From the NCBI GenBank assembly GCA_963663965.2, contig CAXXFK010000032.1, forward strand, positions 64,001 to 128,000: a DNA stretch of 64,000 nt, read 5' to 3'. Below, piece after piece: positions 31,947 to 40,095 of the stretch. Numbering within the stretch: the stretch's first letter is position 1; each line of letters starts with the position of its first letter. This DNA is from Sedimentisphaerales bacterium (GTDB taxonomy: Bacteria; Planctomycetota; Phycisphaerae; Sedimentisphaerales; SM23-30). Below the pieces are notes generated by a model. It was not told where the DNA came from. It ran no database searches and saw only the letters and a list, made by a program, of their open reading frames with translations. The translations under genes were made by a program, and so were the position numbers.

Positions 31947-33626
31947 CTAAATCTCGCCATCACAATCGCTCAGCGCTTTAAGGCTTTGTTTCAGATGATC
32001 CTCTTCAACCATAATATTGCGTTTCTTACAATAATCATGACAATAGCAGTAATAGCGAGCCGCCTGAATCTGGATCTCATCACTCTTCTTCCGGCCCCTG
32101 GCGTTATTATAAGCCGCATTCAGGAAATTGGCGTACTGAATCACATTCTTGTCCAGATCGTTCGCTATTTTAGTTACGGCCAGTTCTTTTAATTGGGTTT
32201 CCAGATCAATTTTGTCCCCAGGCTTTACTGAGGCGTTTTCGTCAGGACTGGTCTTGCCATCGGCTGTGATCATATAACCGCTGCTGCCGTATTTTATCGT
32301 AAAGGGAACAATCCTATCGAGAAGTTCCGGCTTGCTGTCCTTTTCATAGGTTCCCTTTTTGTAAAAAGAATAGGATAATTCGATCACGCCCATATCTTTA
32401 GAATCCACTTTAAACTGGGTGATATCTCCTGTCACTTGAAAATCACAGGCGCTTAAATCGGCATTTTCTGAACCATCCAGAATAACGAACTGCCTCATGT
32501 TGTTACTGGTAATTCTCCCTATCACATGTTTCGTAAGATACCGGCCTAAGCCGGATTGGTCATCATTATTTACTGTCTTGAAAACATCAATACCCAGTTT
32601 TTCAGGGATTTGACTCTCGATCGTACCGACTGCAGCAAAATAAGCTTGCTCCATCTTTTGATCATTGAATCCCTTATTTTTGGGGACCAATCCGTCGTTT
32701 TCATCGTTCATAATAAGACGAGCCCGGGTCAGATCCAGATAAGTGCGTGCGATATCACCTTTACTGACTGATTCCCCCGCCCGCTCCAGATAATGATTGA
32801 TCGCTTTTGTACGATCAAATTCACTACGATCAATCGCCTTTTTCCTGATCATTTCAAATACGGCAAAATACTCCTTTTTTTCCATATGATCATTAAATTG
32901 AGTATCGAATTCTTCTACGCTATCTTCAATTGCTTTTTTCAAATCCTCAACACAACTCTTACCATCAATCTGCACATCCTTAATTTGATTTATTTCTTCC
33001 ATCAGTTTTTCTAAATTTTCTCGATCTGTATCAGCTTTGAATTTATTGATCTGTTCTTGATAATAGTCTTTCACTGCTTCACACCAACCCTTAATGTTTT
33101 CAGGCTTTTCCGATGGCTTCTGCCAACCGAGTTTTTTGTCAAGAATATTATGGGCTTCCTTCCACTTATGGGTTGCCATTGCTACTTCATACTCAGCTTC
33201 ATAGCTATGATACTCCTCTTCTTTTTGTCCTTTTTTACCTTTGAATGCTTGAATTTTATTTTGCAGTTTTATTGTATCGCCATACTTGTTTTGGCATTCT
33301 TCAAGGGTTGCCAATGCCGTCTCATACTCTGATAATGTTGTGGGAGTTTCCATTCCCTGGATGACCAAATCAGCAATACAGTCAGTGGCATAATCGCGAT
33401 TTTTCTGCTTTTGCATATACTCCGTATCATGAACCGACCAGCCAGACGCTTTCATGTCCTCCATACAATTACATAATTTATTGTAATTGCTTATCCAGTC
33501 TTCCAGAGAAGCATTGTCGGCCTTCGTAATAACATCGATATTCTTGCAACTGGTCGGTAAAGATTTGCATCCCGCCACGATAGCCAGTAAGCAGGTTATA
33601 ACCATGAGTCTGAGAGTCATTACCAT
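31947..33626 (-). CDS. helical-repeat lipoprotein with CsgG-like C-terminal region (paralog of 49512-51362)
   Basis: Lipobox IVAGC; shares KLGIDVF/KIGVADF, GDITQF/GNVTNF and IQAARYYCYC/YAALGYYYC with the 49.5-kb ORF; visibly AT-rich. Confidence 0.7.
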   Translation of the reverse strand: MVMTLRLMVITCLLAIVAGCKSLPTSCKNIDVITKADNASLEDWISNYNKLCNCMEDMKASGWSVHDTEYMQKQKNRDYATDCIADLVIQGMETPTTLSEYETALATLEECQNKYGDTIKLQNKIQAFKGKKGQKEEEYHSYEAEYEVAMATHKWKEAHNILDKKLGWQKPSEKPENIKGWCEAVKDYYQEQINKFKADTDRENLEKLMEEINQIKDVQIDGKSCVEDLKKAIEDSVEEFDTQFNDHMEKKEYFAVFEMIRKKAIDRSEFDRTKAINHYLERAGESVSKGDIARTYLDLTRARLIMNDENDGLVPKNKGFNDQKMEQAYFAAVGTIESQIPEKLGIDVFKTVNNDDQSGLGRYLTKHVIGRITSNNMRQFVILDGSENADLSACDFQVTGDITQFKVDSKDMGVIELSYSFYKKGTYEKDSKPELLDRIVPFTIKYGSSGYMITADGKTSPDENASVKPGDKIDLETQLKELAVTKIANDLDKNVIQYANFLNAAYNNARGRKKSDEIQIQAARYYCYCHDYCKKRNIMVEEDHLKQSLKALSDCDGEI

Positions 33627-33643
33627 ATTATTATACTCCTTAA

Positions 33644-36577
33644 TTAAAAATTAGTTGTCTCGCGAACCAGATCATACAACGCCGTAAATGGCACCCGCAT
33701 CATAACCCGAAATCCCGTATACGGATATTTGCTGCCGGCAGATACCTCGTTTTTCAGAATGTTAATCATTTTCCCCCGGTCATCCGCATAGCTCCCTCCC
33801 GCTTGTATCGCCATAACACTAGCCGCAGAGCCATTCAGGTCACTACTTCCCGGGCTATCGCTTTCTACCCATTCGGCCACATTGCCCATCATATGAAAAA
33901 GCCCCCACGTATTGGCATAACGAAGTTCAGATGGATCGACCGGTTTCGGCCCAACCAGATCTTTCTGATTCGACCAGCAGTCACCCTGGACAACGATACC
34001 CGGCGCCTGGTTACATTGATAAGCATACTGCCATTGCCTCAGACTGGGTAAGCCGCACTCGCAACCATACCCGATCTGTTTCTCCAACCTGTGGCAGAAT
34101 TCCCGGGCTTCAAAGAATGTCATATTCACCACCGGGTACCTGTTATATGCGGACAGATTATCACCTGACAGCCAGGCCACTCCATCCCGGGGCATTATCC
34201 CCATAAGTAGCTCCCATTGTCTCCTGGTCACCTCAAAGCGGCTGATAAAAAACCATTCGCGCTCATCCGCGCTTCCGGTTCCTGTGGACCGGGCTATTTC
34301 CACCAGTTCCATATCCCCTATTTCGATAATGGAACGTAACCCATTATCCTCCCATATCCCCCGCTTGACCCTCAACGCGTCTGCATGACTGCCATCCAGT
34401 TTTAGCATCAAATGAGCCGCCTTAATTCGTTTTTGGGGATCGGTTTCACCCAGCAGAGGATGGATCTGCCTGATTAAACTTTCCTTGAGTTGATTAATTT
34501 TATCGACATAATAAGCTCCATCCTGGCTGAATTGTCCGACGAATTGTTGATAGTTGCCGATCAATTGGTTCAAACCATCCAGATCCTTCTGGTCTTTTAT
34601 CTGGCCTTCAACTTCTCCGATCCGTTGATTAAAATCGCTCATTCGCTGCTCATGATTCAAACGTTGCTCGGTTTGGGCAATAAGCTCCTGCAACGGCTCT
34701 CCTTCATAACGGGCCAGTCTGGGTATCGACTCTATGACCGCCGTATCCATTCCATCCAGTAACTGAATCGCCTGACGCAGCCGTACTTTCGCGCCCTCAC
34801 GATCATCATCCAGACAGGCGCGCGCCCGCTCATAGCCGGCATTCGTGATGGCTTCATCCGCCTCCAGCGCTTTCAATCCCGCCTCACAGCAGGCTCGCCG
34901 AAAATCCAGGTCTTTAATATACTGTATATGTTTTCCCAGCAGTGGCTCTGGTATTTCTTTGGTATATTTGGCGGCATGCACTTCCTTGACATCATCACAA
35001 ATTCTAATGAATGATTTGAGCGTATCAGACTCGCTGATATCATTTTTAGGCAGATTATCCAGTTCCTGCTTCCATAAGGCCGCGCTCTTCTTGAACATAC
35101 TGTCAGATAAAGTTGCGATCACACAGTTCAAATATTTATAGTTCGGATATTTGCCAAGAAATTCATAAACATTGTTTATCACTATCTCCAGTCGATCTAC
35201 TTTACCGCCATCGGTTGTAATGTTTTCCAGATTATTACTGATATCTTTAAATACACTATCCGCATGGATATTCTCTTCTATGACATTCAATAATGAAATG
35301 ACCTGAGGGCGCTTGGTATAATTTGGACATTGCTCCAGGATAAAATTCAAACTGGCTTTTGCCTGATCATAGGCATCCCGGTAATAATCTTCCCGCCCCT
35401 GACGATAAAGCCCGTCCGCACGCCATTCCTGATAAGAACGAGTCAACTCCGCCCGGTTAAAAAATAATCCCGCCAGCATAATCCCCAGGATAAACGTACC
35501 GATCGTCCGCAATACCTTATGCGAGGGTTTGGCAACCGGGGTAAAGTCATCCGAATCATGCGTATCCCAGCTGTCCGATGAGGTTTCGGACATCAATGGC
35601 TTAGGCTCCTCCACTGGCGCTTTTTTATTATCCGCCTCCTGAGCCGGCGGTTCCGGCGTGCTCTGCATGCGCTTATAAGCCTCTAACAGCAAATCCACCA
35701 GTTCCCGCGCCGAACCCGGACGCTCCAGCGGCTTTTTCGCCAGCGCGTAGCGCAGCGCCCCGTTGATCTCTTCATTGTAACCATCAATCGGATCCGGCTG
35801 TTTATTCTTGATTTGCTCGCGCAAATCGCCCCGGTAAAACGGCGGATGCCCCGCCAGACACTCATACATCAACGCCCCGAAGGAATAGATATCCATCAGC
35901 GAGGTCGGCTGCTCGCCCAGCAGTTGTTCCGGGCTCATATACGGCAGCGTCCCCGTCGCCTGCTCCTTGCCCGTTACCCGCGTATAGGTGTCTTTCAACT
36001 CCCGCGCGATCCCGAAGTCCAGAATCTTGATCTGATATCGATCTCCGTACACCATGACATTGGATGGCTTCAGGTCGCGATGCAGAACATGACAGCTATG
36101 GGCGTAATCCAGCCCGATGGCGATCTGGCGGCCCAGGTAGATCGTATCGCTCAACCCGAGTTTACCCCTGGTCTTCTTCGCCAGGATCTGTTCCAGGGTT
36201 CGTCCCGGAATATACTCCATCACGATAAAATACTGAAACCCATCGGTATGCATATCGTATAACCGCACAATATAAGGATGGGTCAGTTGCCGCGTGGTCT
36301 GGGCCTCCTGCTTCAAACTCTTGATCGCCCTGGGGTTACTGGCCAGCGTCGGCGGAATAAATTTGATCGCCACCTGCGCCCCTTCCAGCATATCATCCGT
36401 GGCCAGATAGACCATCCCCATTCCCCCTTCACCCAGCTTGCGCAAGATCCGGAACCGGTCTGCCAGCAGTTTGCAGGCATCACCACCCTCCGTCTTCACC
36501 GTGGGCAATCGGTCCAGCGTATGATAAACATCATCCAGATCCTTCTTTAACAGATTTTTATTCGGGAATTCTACCAT
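33644..36577 (-). CDS. membrane Ser/Thr kinase with divergent FGE-sulfatase domain
   Basis: LGEGGMG, VAIK, HRDLKPSN, DFG, GTLPYMSPEQ; TM; LPSLRQWQYA, HMMGNVAEW, GGSY, GFRV. Likely ATG at 36577, ~13 nt after the ESCRT-III-like stop (ORF track start 36631). Confidence 0.9.
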   Translation of the reverse strand: MVEFPNKNLLKKDLDDVYHTLDRLPTVKTEGGDACKLLADRFRILRKLGEGGMGMVYLATDDMLEGAQVAIKFIPPTLASNPRAIKSLKQEAQTTRQLTHPYIVRLYDMHTDGFQYFIVMEYIPGRTLEQILAKKTRGKLGLSDTIYLGRQIAIGLDYAHSCHVLHRDLKPSNVMVYGDRYQIKILDFGIARELKDTYTRVTGKEQATGTLPYMSPEQLLGEQPTSLMDIYSFGALMYECLAGHPPFYRGDLREQIKNKQPDPIDGYNEEINGALRYALAKKPLERPGSARELVDLLLEAYKRMQSTPEPPAQEADNKKAPVEEPKPLMSETSSDSWDTHDSDDFTPVAKPSHKVLRTIGTFILGIMLAGLFFNRAELTRSYQEWRADGLYRQGREDYYRDAYDQAKASLNFILEQCPNYTKRPQVISLLNVIEENIHADSVFKDISNNLENITTDGGKVDRLEIVINNVYEFLGKYPNYKYLNCVIATLSDSMFKKSAALWKQELDNLPKNDISESDTLKSFIRICDDVKEVHAAKYTKEIPEPLLGKHIQYIKDLDFRRACCEAGLKALEADEAITNAGYERARACLDDDREGAKVRLRQAIQLLDGMDTAVIESIPRLARYEGEPLQELIAQTEQRLNHEQRMSDFNQRIGEVEGQIKDQKDLDGLNQLIGNYQQFVGQFSQDGAYYVDKINQLKESLIRQIHPLLGETDPQKRIKAAHLMLKLDGSHADALRVKRGIWEDNGLRSIIEIGDMELVEIARSTGTGSADEREWFFISRFEVTRRQWELLMGIMPRDGVAWLSGDNLSAYNRYPVVNMTFFEAREFCHRLEKQIGYGCECGLPSLRQWQYAYQCNQAPGIVVQGDCWSNQKDLVGPKPVDPSELRYANTWGLFHMMGNVAEWVESDSPGSSDLNGSAASVMAIQAGGSYADDRGKMINILKNEVSAGSKYPYTGFRVMMRVPFTALYDLVRETTNF

Positions 36578-36590
36578 GACACACCTGCTA

Positions 36591-37190
36591 TTATCCGTTG
36601 GTTTCCTTCTTAAGTTTCGTTTCGATTTCACGCAGCATCAAGTCAATATGATTCTCGGTCGCGCTGGCCTGACCTTCCGCCTCCCGCCCAATCAATTCAT
36701 CGATCTGTTCGATCCCCGGCAGACCATCATCATCCGGTTCATAATCCAGCGTACTGCCGCTGACCCGGTCCAGCACCATATTCATGGTCCGGTCCATCTG
36801 CCGGGCGTTGGCCATCGCCAGATTCAACTCTCCGATCGTCTTGGTCAGATCGATGTTCTTGAACACCGACGCGATCGATTTGGTCGCCGCCTGCAATCCC
36901 TTGGCAAACTCGCCATAACTCTCGATCCGCTCCTTCGTCTGCACCATCGCTTCAAACGTCAGCAGCGCGCTCTCCAGCCGCCGCCGCTCGGCCATTGTCT
37001 GCAATAGCAGCTTCGCCAGCTTCTGATAATTCTCCGGATCCCCGATCTGGCGTGCCCGCACTGCTTTTTCGCAGTAGCCCCGCTCATGCTTCTTCAACTC
37101 CTTGATACGGCGCCGGTGCAAATCCAGCACATTCTGGATCGCCAGATCCCGTTCCAACTGCTTCTGCTGCTTGCTCTTAAATAATCCCAT
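36591..37190 (-). CDS. ESCRT-III/Snf7-superfamily-like protein (Vps2/Vps24/Did2-like)
   Basis: 199 aa, all-helical; MGLF start; basic hairpin (EKAVRARQIGD..NYQKLAKLLL...RRRL); FAKGLQAATKSIASVFKNIDL; acidic linker (YEPDDDG..IEQIDELI); terminal amphipathic helix HIDLMLREIETKLKK; adjacent to the Vps4-like ATPase. Confidence 0.72.
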   Translation of the reverse strand: MGLFKSKQQKQLERDLAIQNVLDLHRRRIKELKKHERGYCEKAVRARQIGDPENYQKLAKLLLQTMAERRRLESALLTFEAMVQTKERIESYGEFAKGLQAATKSIASVFKNIDLTKTIGELNLAMANARQMDRTMNMVLDRVSGSTLDYEPDDDGLPGIEQIDELIGREAEGQASATENHIDLMLREIETKLKKETNG

Positions 37191-37242
37191 TAAATAAACT
37201 CCTGTATCAAGTTTGCCTGGTTGTCATTTTGCCGGTTATCCA

Positions 37243-38431
37243 CTAAGACACCCCGTTCCCCCACCTCTCAAACCGTTCCAGATCCTCACCTCCCGTTCCC
37301 GGCCGGATCCGCTCCAGCGCCGCCTCCAGATCTGCCACCCGGATCGCTTCCACCTTCAGTTCATAACTCTCCAGCGCCACCCGGCCCGACTCCGCCACCC
37401 GCGCCAGATCCGGGTTCGCCCGCGAGATCATCCGCCGGATCAGTTCTTTCCCAATCTGCTCCAGCTCCCGGCCGCTATAACCCTCCGTCCGGGCAGCCCA
37501 CTCAGCCAGATCGCCCTCAACCTGATACCCCCGCCGGGTCAGCAGCAACTCCAGAATCGTCTCCCGCGCCGCTCCATCCGGCAGATTCACATACGATAGC
37601 TTGCCAAACCGCGACAGCACCGCCGAATCGATCAGCCACGGCTTATTCGTCGCCGCGATCACCAGCACCAGCCGGCCATCCGACTTGCTCTCGAAGCCAT
37701 CCATACTGGTCAGCAATTCCGCCAGCACCCGCCGTTCAGCGCCATCGGCCCGCCCATCCCGGTCCGGCACCAGCGACTCAAAATCATCCAGAAAGATCAC
37801 CGATGGATGCATCCGCGCCGCCAGTTCAAACACCGCGTTAATCAGCTTGCCCGACTCGCCAAAATACTTGCTCAGCAGATCGCTCACCTTACACGAAAAA
37901 AACGTCGCCTCCAGCCCTTTCGAAATCGCCGCCGCCACCAGCGTCTTGCCCGTTCCCGGCGGGCCGTACAGCAGCAGGTTGGCATGCCGCGGCAGCCCCA
38001 CCCCCTCCGGCCGCTTCGCCAGCGCCAGTGCGAACGTCTCCTTGATAAACTGCTTGATCTCATCCAGACCCGCGATATCTTCCCAGCCAACCTTCGCCTT
38101 GCGGATCAACTGCCGCGCGTTCTCAAAATAACCCGCCTCCTCCGGCCCCACCGCCGCTTCCACATCTCTATCCGCCCCATCCGCCTCAGTATCCTCAGCC
38201 GAGCCTCCCGCGCGCAACTGCTCCGCCAGCTTCTTCAGCTTCTCCGCGTCCGCCAGCCGCCTGGCCCGCACCGATTCGCTCACCGCGCTCCTGGCATACC
38301 GGGCCATCAACTCACCCGCCCGCGCATACCGCACCGCCGCCGCCTCACCCTGACCCGCCGCCTCCAGCGCACGCGCCTCCACCAACACCCCGTTCCAACT
38401 GCTCACCGGTTACACCACTCAAATCTACCAT
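37243..38431 (-). CDS. Vps4/CdvC-like AAA+ ATPase with N-terminal MIT-like domain
   Basis: MIT-like ARALEAAG..EAAAVRYARAGELM...SVRARRLADAEKLKKL; VGWEDIAGL; GPPGTGKT; SDLLSKYFGESGKL; PSVIFLDD; AATNKPWLIDSAVLSRF; TEGYSG; Vps4_C-like DLEAALERIRP...EDLERFERW. ATG 38431 with an AAGGA RBS needs removal of one G from a G run; the ORF track start is GTG 38406. Confidence 0.85.
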
Positions 38432-38511
38432 AAAATTCTAATTTCCTTGTTCTAAAAGTCAGGCTTTTCCAAAGTACTATCCAAATTCCATCCATCTCCC
38501 ATCGCATTACT

Positions 38512-39149
38512 GAGGTCCAAAGGACCGCCAGTTCCTAGCCGGGGGCGTCAGCCCCCGGAAAACGAGCTCCCCCCACACAACAAGCCCCGGAGGGGCGACA
38601 GAATTAATCAAAAATATAACGCTTATCATATTCCACTCCATGTTTATCCAGCAACTGGATCAACTCCGTTTCATAACTCATCACCTCATGATGCGCCTGC
38701 TGGCCGTTGACATAATCGACAACCTTCTGCAAACCGGAATACGAAACCGTAAACGACGAATACCCTGTTTGCCAGGCAAAAAACGAACAGCCGCCATCAG
38801 TCTCTTTATACCATTTCGAGGAATTGGCTTTCACATCTCTGACAAAATCAGCCAGACACTCTGCCGGCTTCAGTTTCGCCACCAGATGAATATGGTCCGG
38901 CATACCATTGGCAGTAACCAAAACCTGACCTCGATTCCTGACAATCCCGCCAAGATAATCACACAAGCGCGGAATCGTTTCAATATTAATCAATCGCCTC
39001 CTCTCTTTGGTCGAAAAGACAATATGATAATATAACTGAGTAAAAGACACTAATAATATCCTTTCGCCCTTTCAGGGCTTTGTTTTATTCTACTATCCTG
39101 TCCCGGGGCCTCACGGCCCCGGCTAAAAACTCGCGGCCCGTCGGGCCTC
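38512..39149 (-). mobile_element. IS200/IS605-family (REP-associated, RAYT-like) element: tnpA flanked by ~90-bp imperfect inverted arms
   Basis: Arms 38512-38601 and 39061-39149 are imperfect reverse complements, each with three hairpins (e.g. CTAGCCGGGGGCGTCAGCCCCCGG). Confidence 0.8.
38604..39050 (-). CDS. tnpA: Y1 (HUH) transposase
   Basis: YHIVFSTKER, DHIH (HUH), KANSSKW, FAWQTGYSSFTVS, YVNGQQAHH. Confidence 0.93.
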   Translation of the reverse strand: MSFTQLYYHIVFSTKERRRLINIETIPRLCDYLGGIVRNRGQVLVTANGMPDHIHLVAKLKPAECLADFVRDVKANSSKWYKETDGGCSFFAWQTGYSSFTVSYSGLQKVVDYVNGQQAHHEVMSYETELIQLLDKHGVEYDKRYIFD

Positions 39150-39232
39150 TCCAATGGACGATGTTATTTTCATGTCAATTGACAGATCACATCTTCATTT
39201 CAACAATCATTTTTTTCTTAAAATCACAATTC

Positions 39233-39345
39233 CCAAAGAACTATCCAAATTCCATCCACCCCCCATCGCACCACCGAAGCCCGAAGGTCGAAGATCCGCC
39301 TCAGGAGGAACCGCCAGTTCCTAGCCGGGGGCGTCAGGCGTCAGA
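39233..39345. repeat. partial REP arm with 38-nt leader and inserted ATCCGCCTCAGGAGGA
   Basis: Near-identical to 39832-39944. Confidence 0.75.
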
Positions 39346-39418
39346 GTCTTTATTGTATTTTTCAATCACACATTTCCAAAGAACTATCCAAACTCCATTC
39401 ATCCCCCATCGCACTCCT

Positions 39419-39632
39419 GAGGTCCAAAGGACCGCCAGTTCCTAGCCGGGGGCGTCAGCCCCCGGAAAAAGACTCCCCCCACACAACAAGCCCCGGAGGG
39501 GCGACAGAATATTTATTCATTTCTTTCAATCTCAAACAAAACGCTTTCGCCCTTTCAGGGCTTTGTTTTATTCTACTATCCTGGTCCGGAGCCTCACGGC
39601 CCCGGCTAAAAACTCACGGCCCTTCGGGCCTC
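39419..39632. mobile_element. non-autonomous (MITE/REPIN-like) copy of the tnpA element
   Basis: Both arms are near-identical to 38512-38601 and 39061-39149, but only 36 nt apart with no tnpA between them. Confidence 0.8.
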
Positions 39633-39831
39633 TCTAATGGCTAGGTTATTTTTAGCGCTATTGACGCTTATCATGCACATTAAACACAAATCAAGAACAC
39701 CTCTTATAACTATCCATTCCATCCTTCTTCTAAAATAACAAATCGCCAAAACACTTCAAATAACCAAATCTCCTCATCATCATTTCATATACAGAAATGA
39801 TGAAACTTCTTTTTCTTATAATCTCATATTT

Positions 39832-39986
39832 CCAAAGAACTATCCAAATTCCATCCATCCCCCATCGCACACCTGAAGCCCGAAGGTCGAAGATCCGCCT
39901 CAGGAGGAACCGCCAGTTCCTAGCCGGGGGCGTCAGGCGTCAGAATAAAAGCACGCTCCCATCTCAAGGCCCGAAGGGCCGAAAGA
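39832..39986. repeat. REP arm variant with 38-nt leader
   Basis: Same leader and CTAGCCGGGGGCGTCAG core, ending in the GGCCCGAAGGGCC hairpin. Confidence 0.75.
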
Positions 39987-40095
39987 TTTTCCCTTTCGCC
40001 CTCCACCCAAATATCCCTATTATCAAAAAAACTTCTATTCAATTTTTCATACTCCAGGGGACCTACCCCCTAGCCCCCCAAAAAGAGTAACCAAA

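Noticed and set aside
36591..37190. Ordinary PspA/IM30 phage-shock protein
   Set aside because: It lacks the PspA N-terminal pattern (R....I.AN.N...DK.EDP), has no psp partners and sits next to a MIT-AAA ATPase. Only a structure search can exclude this fully.
37170..37190. MGLFKS as an N-myristoylation signal like Vps20
   Set aside because: Bacteria are not known to have a canonical N-myristoyltransferase, and MGLF starts are common amphipathic N-termini.
37243..38431. FtsH or Cdc48 fragment
   Set aside because: Single AAA domain, no TM or HExxH protease region, and it has PW..D and Vps4_C-like features.
38469..39986. Repeats around tnpA as a CRISPR array or omega-RNA locus
   Set aside because: Spacing is irregular, the arms are inverted REP-like sequences, and no tnpB, iscB or cas ORF is present.
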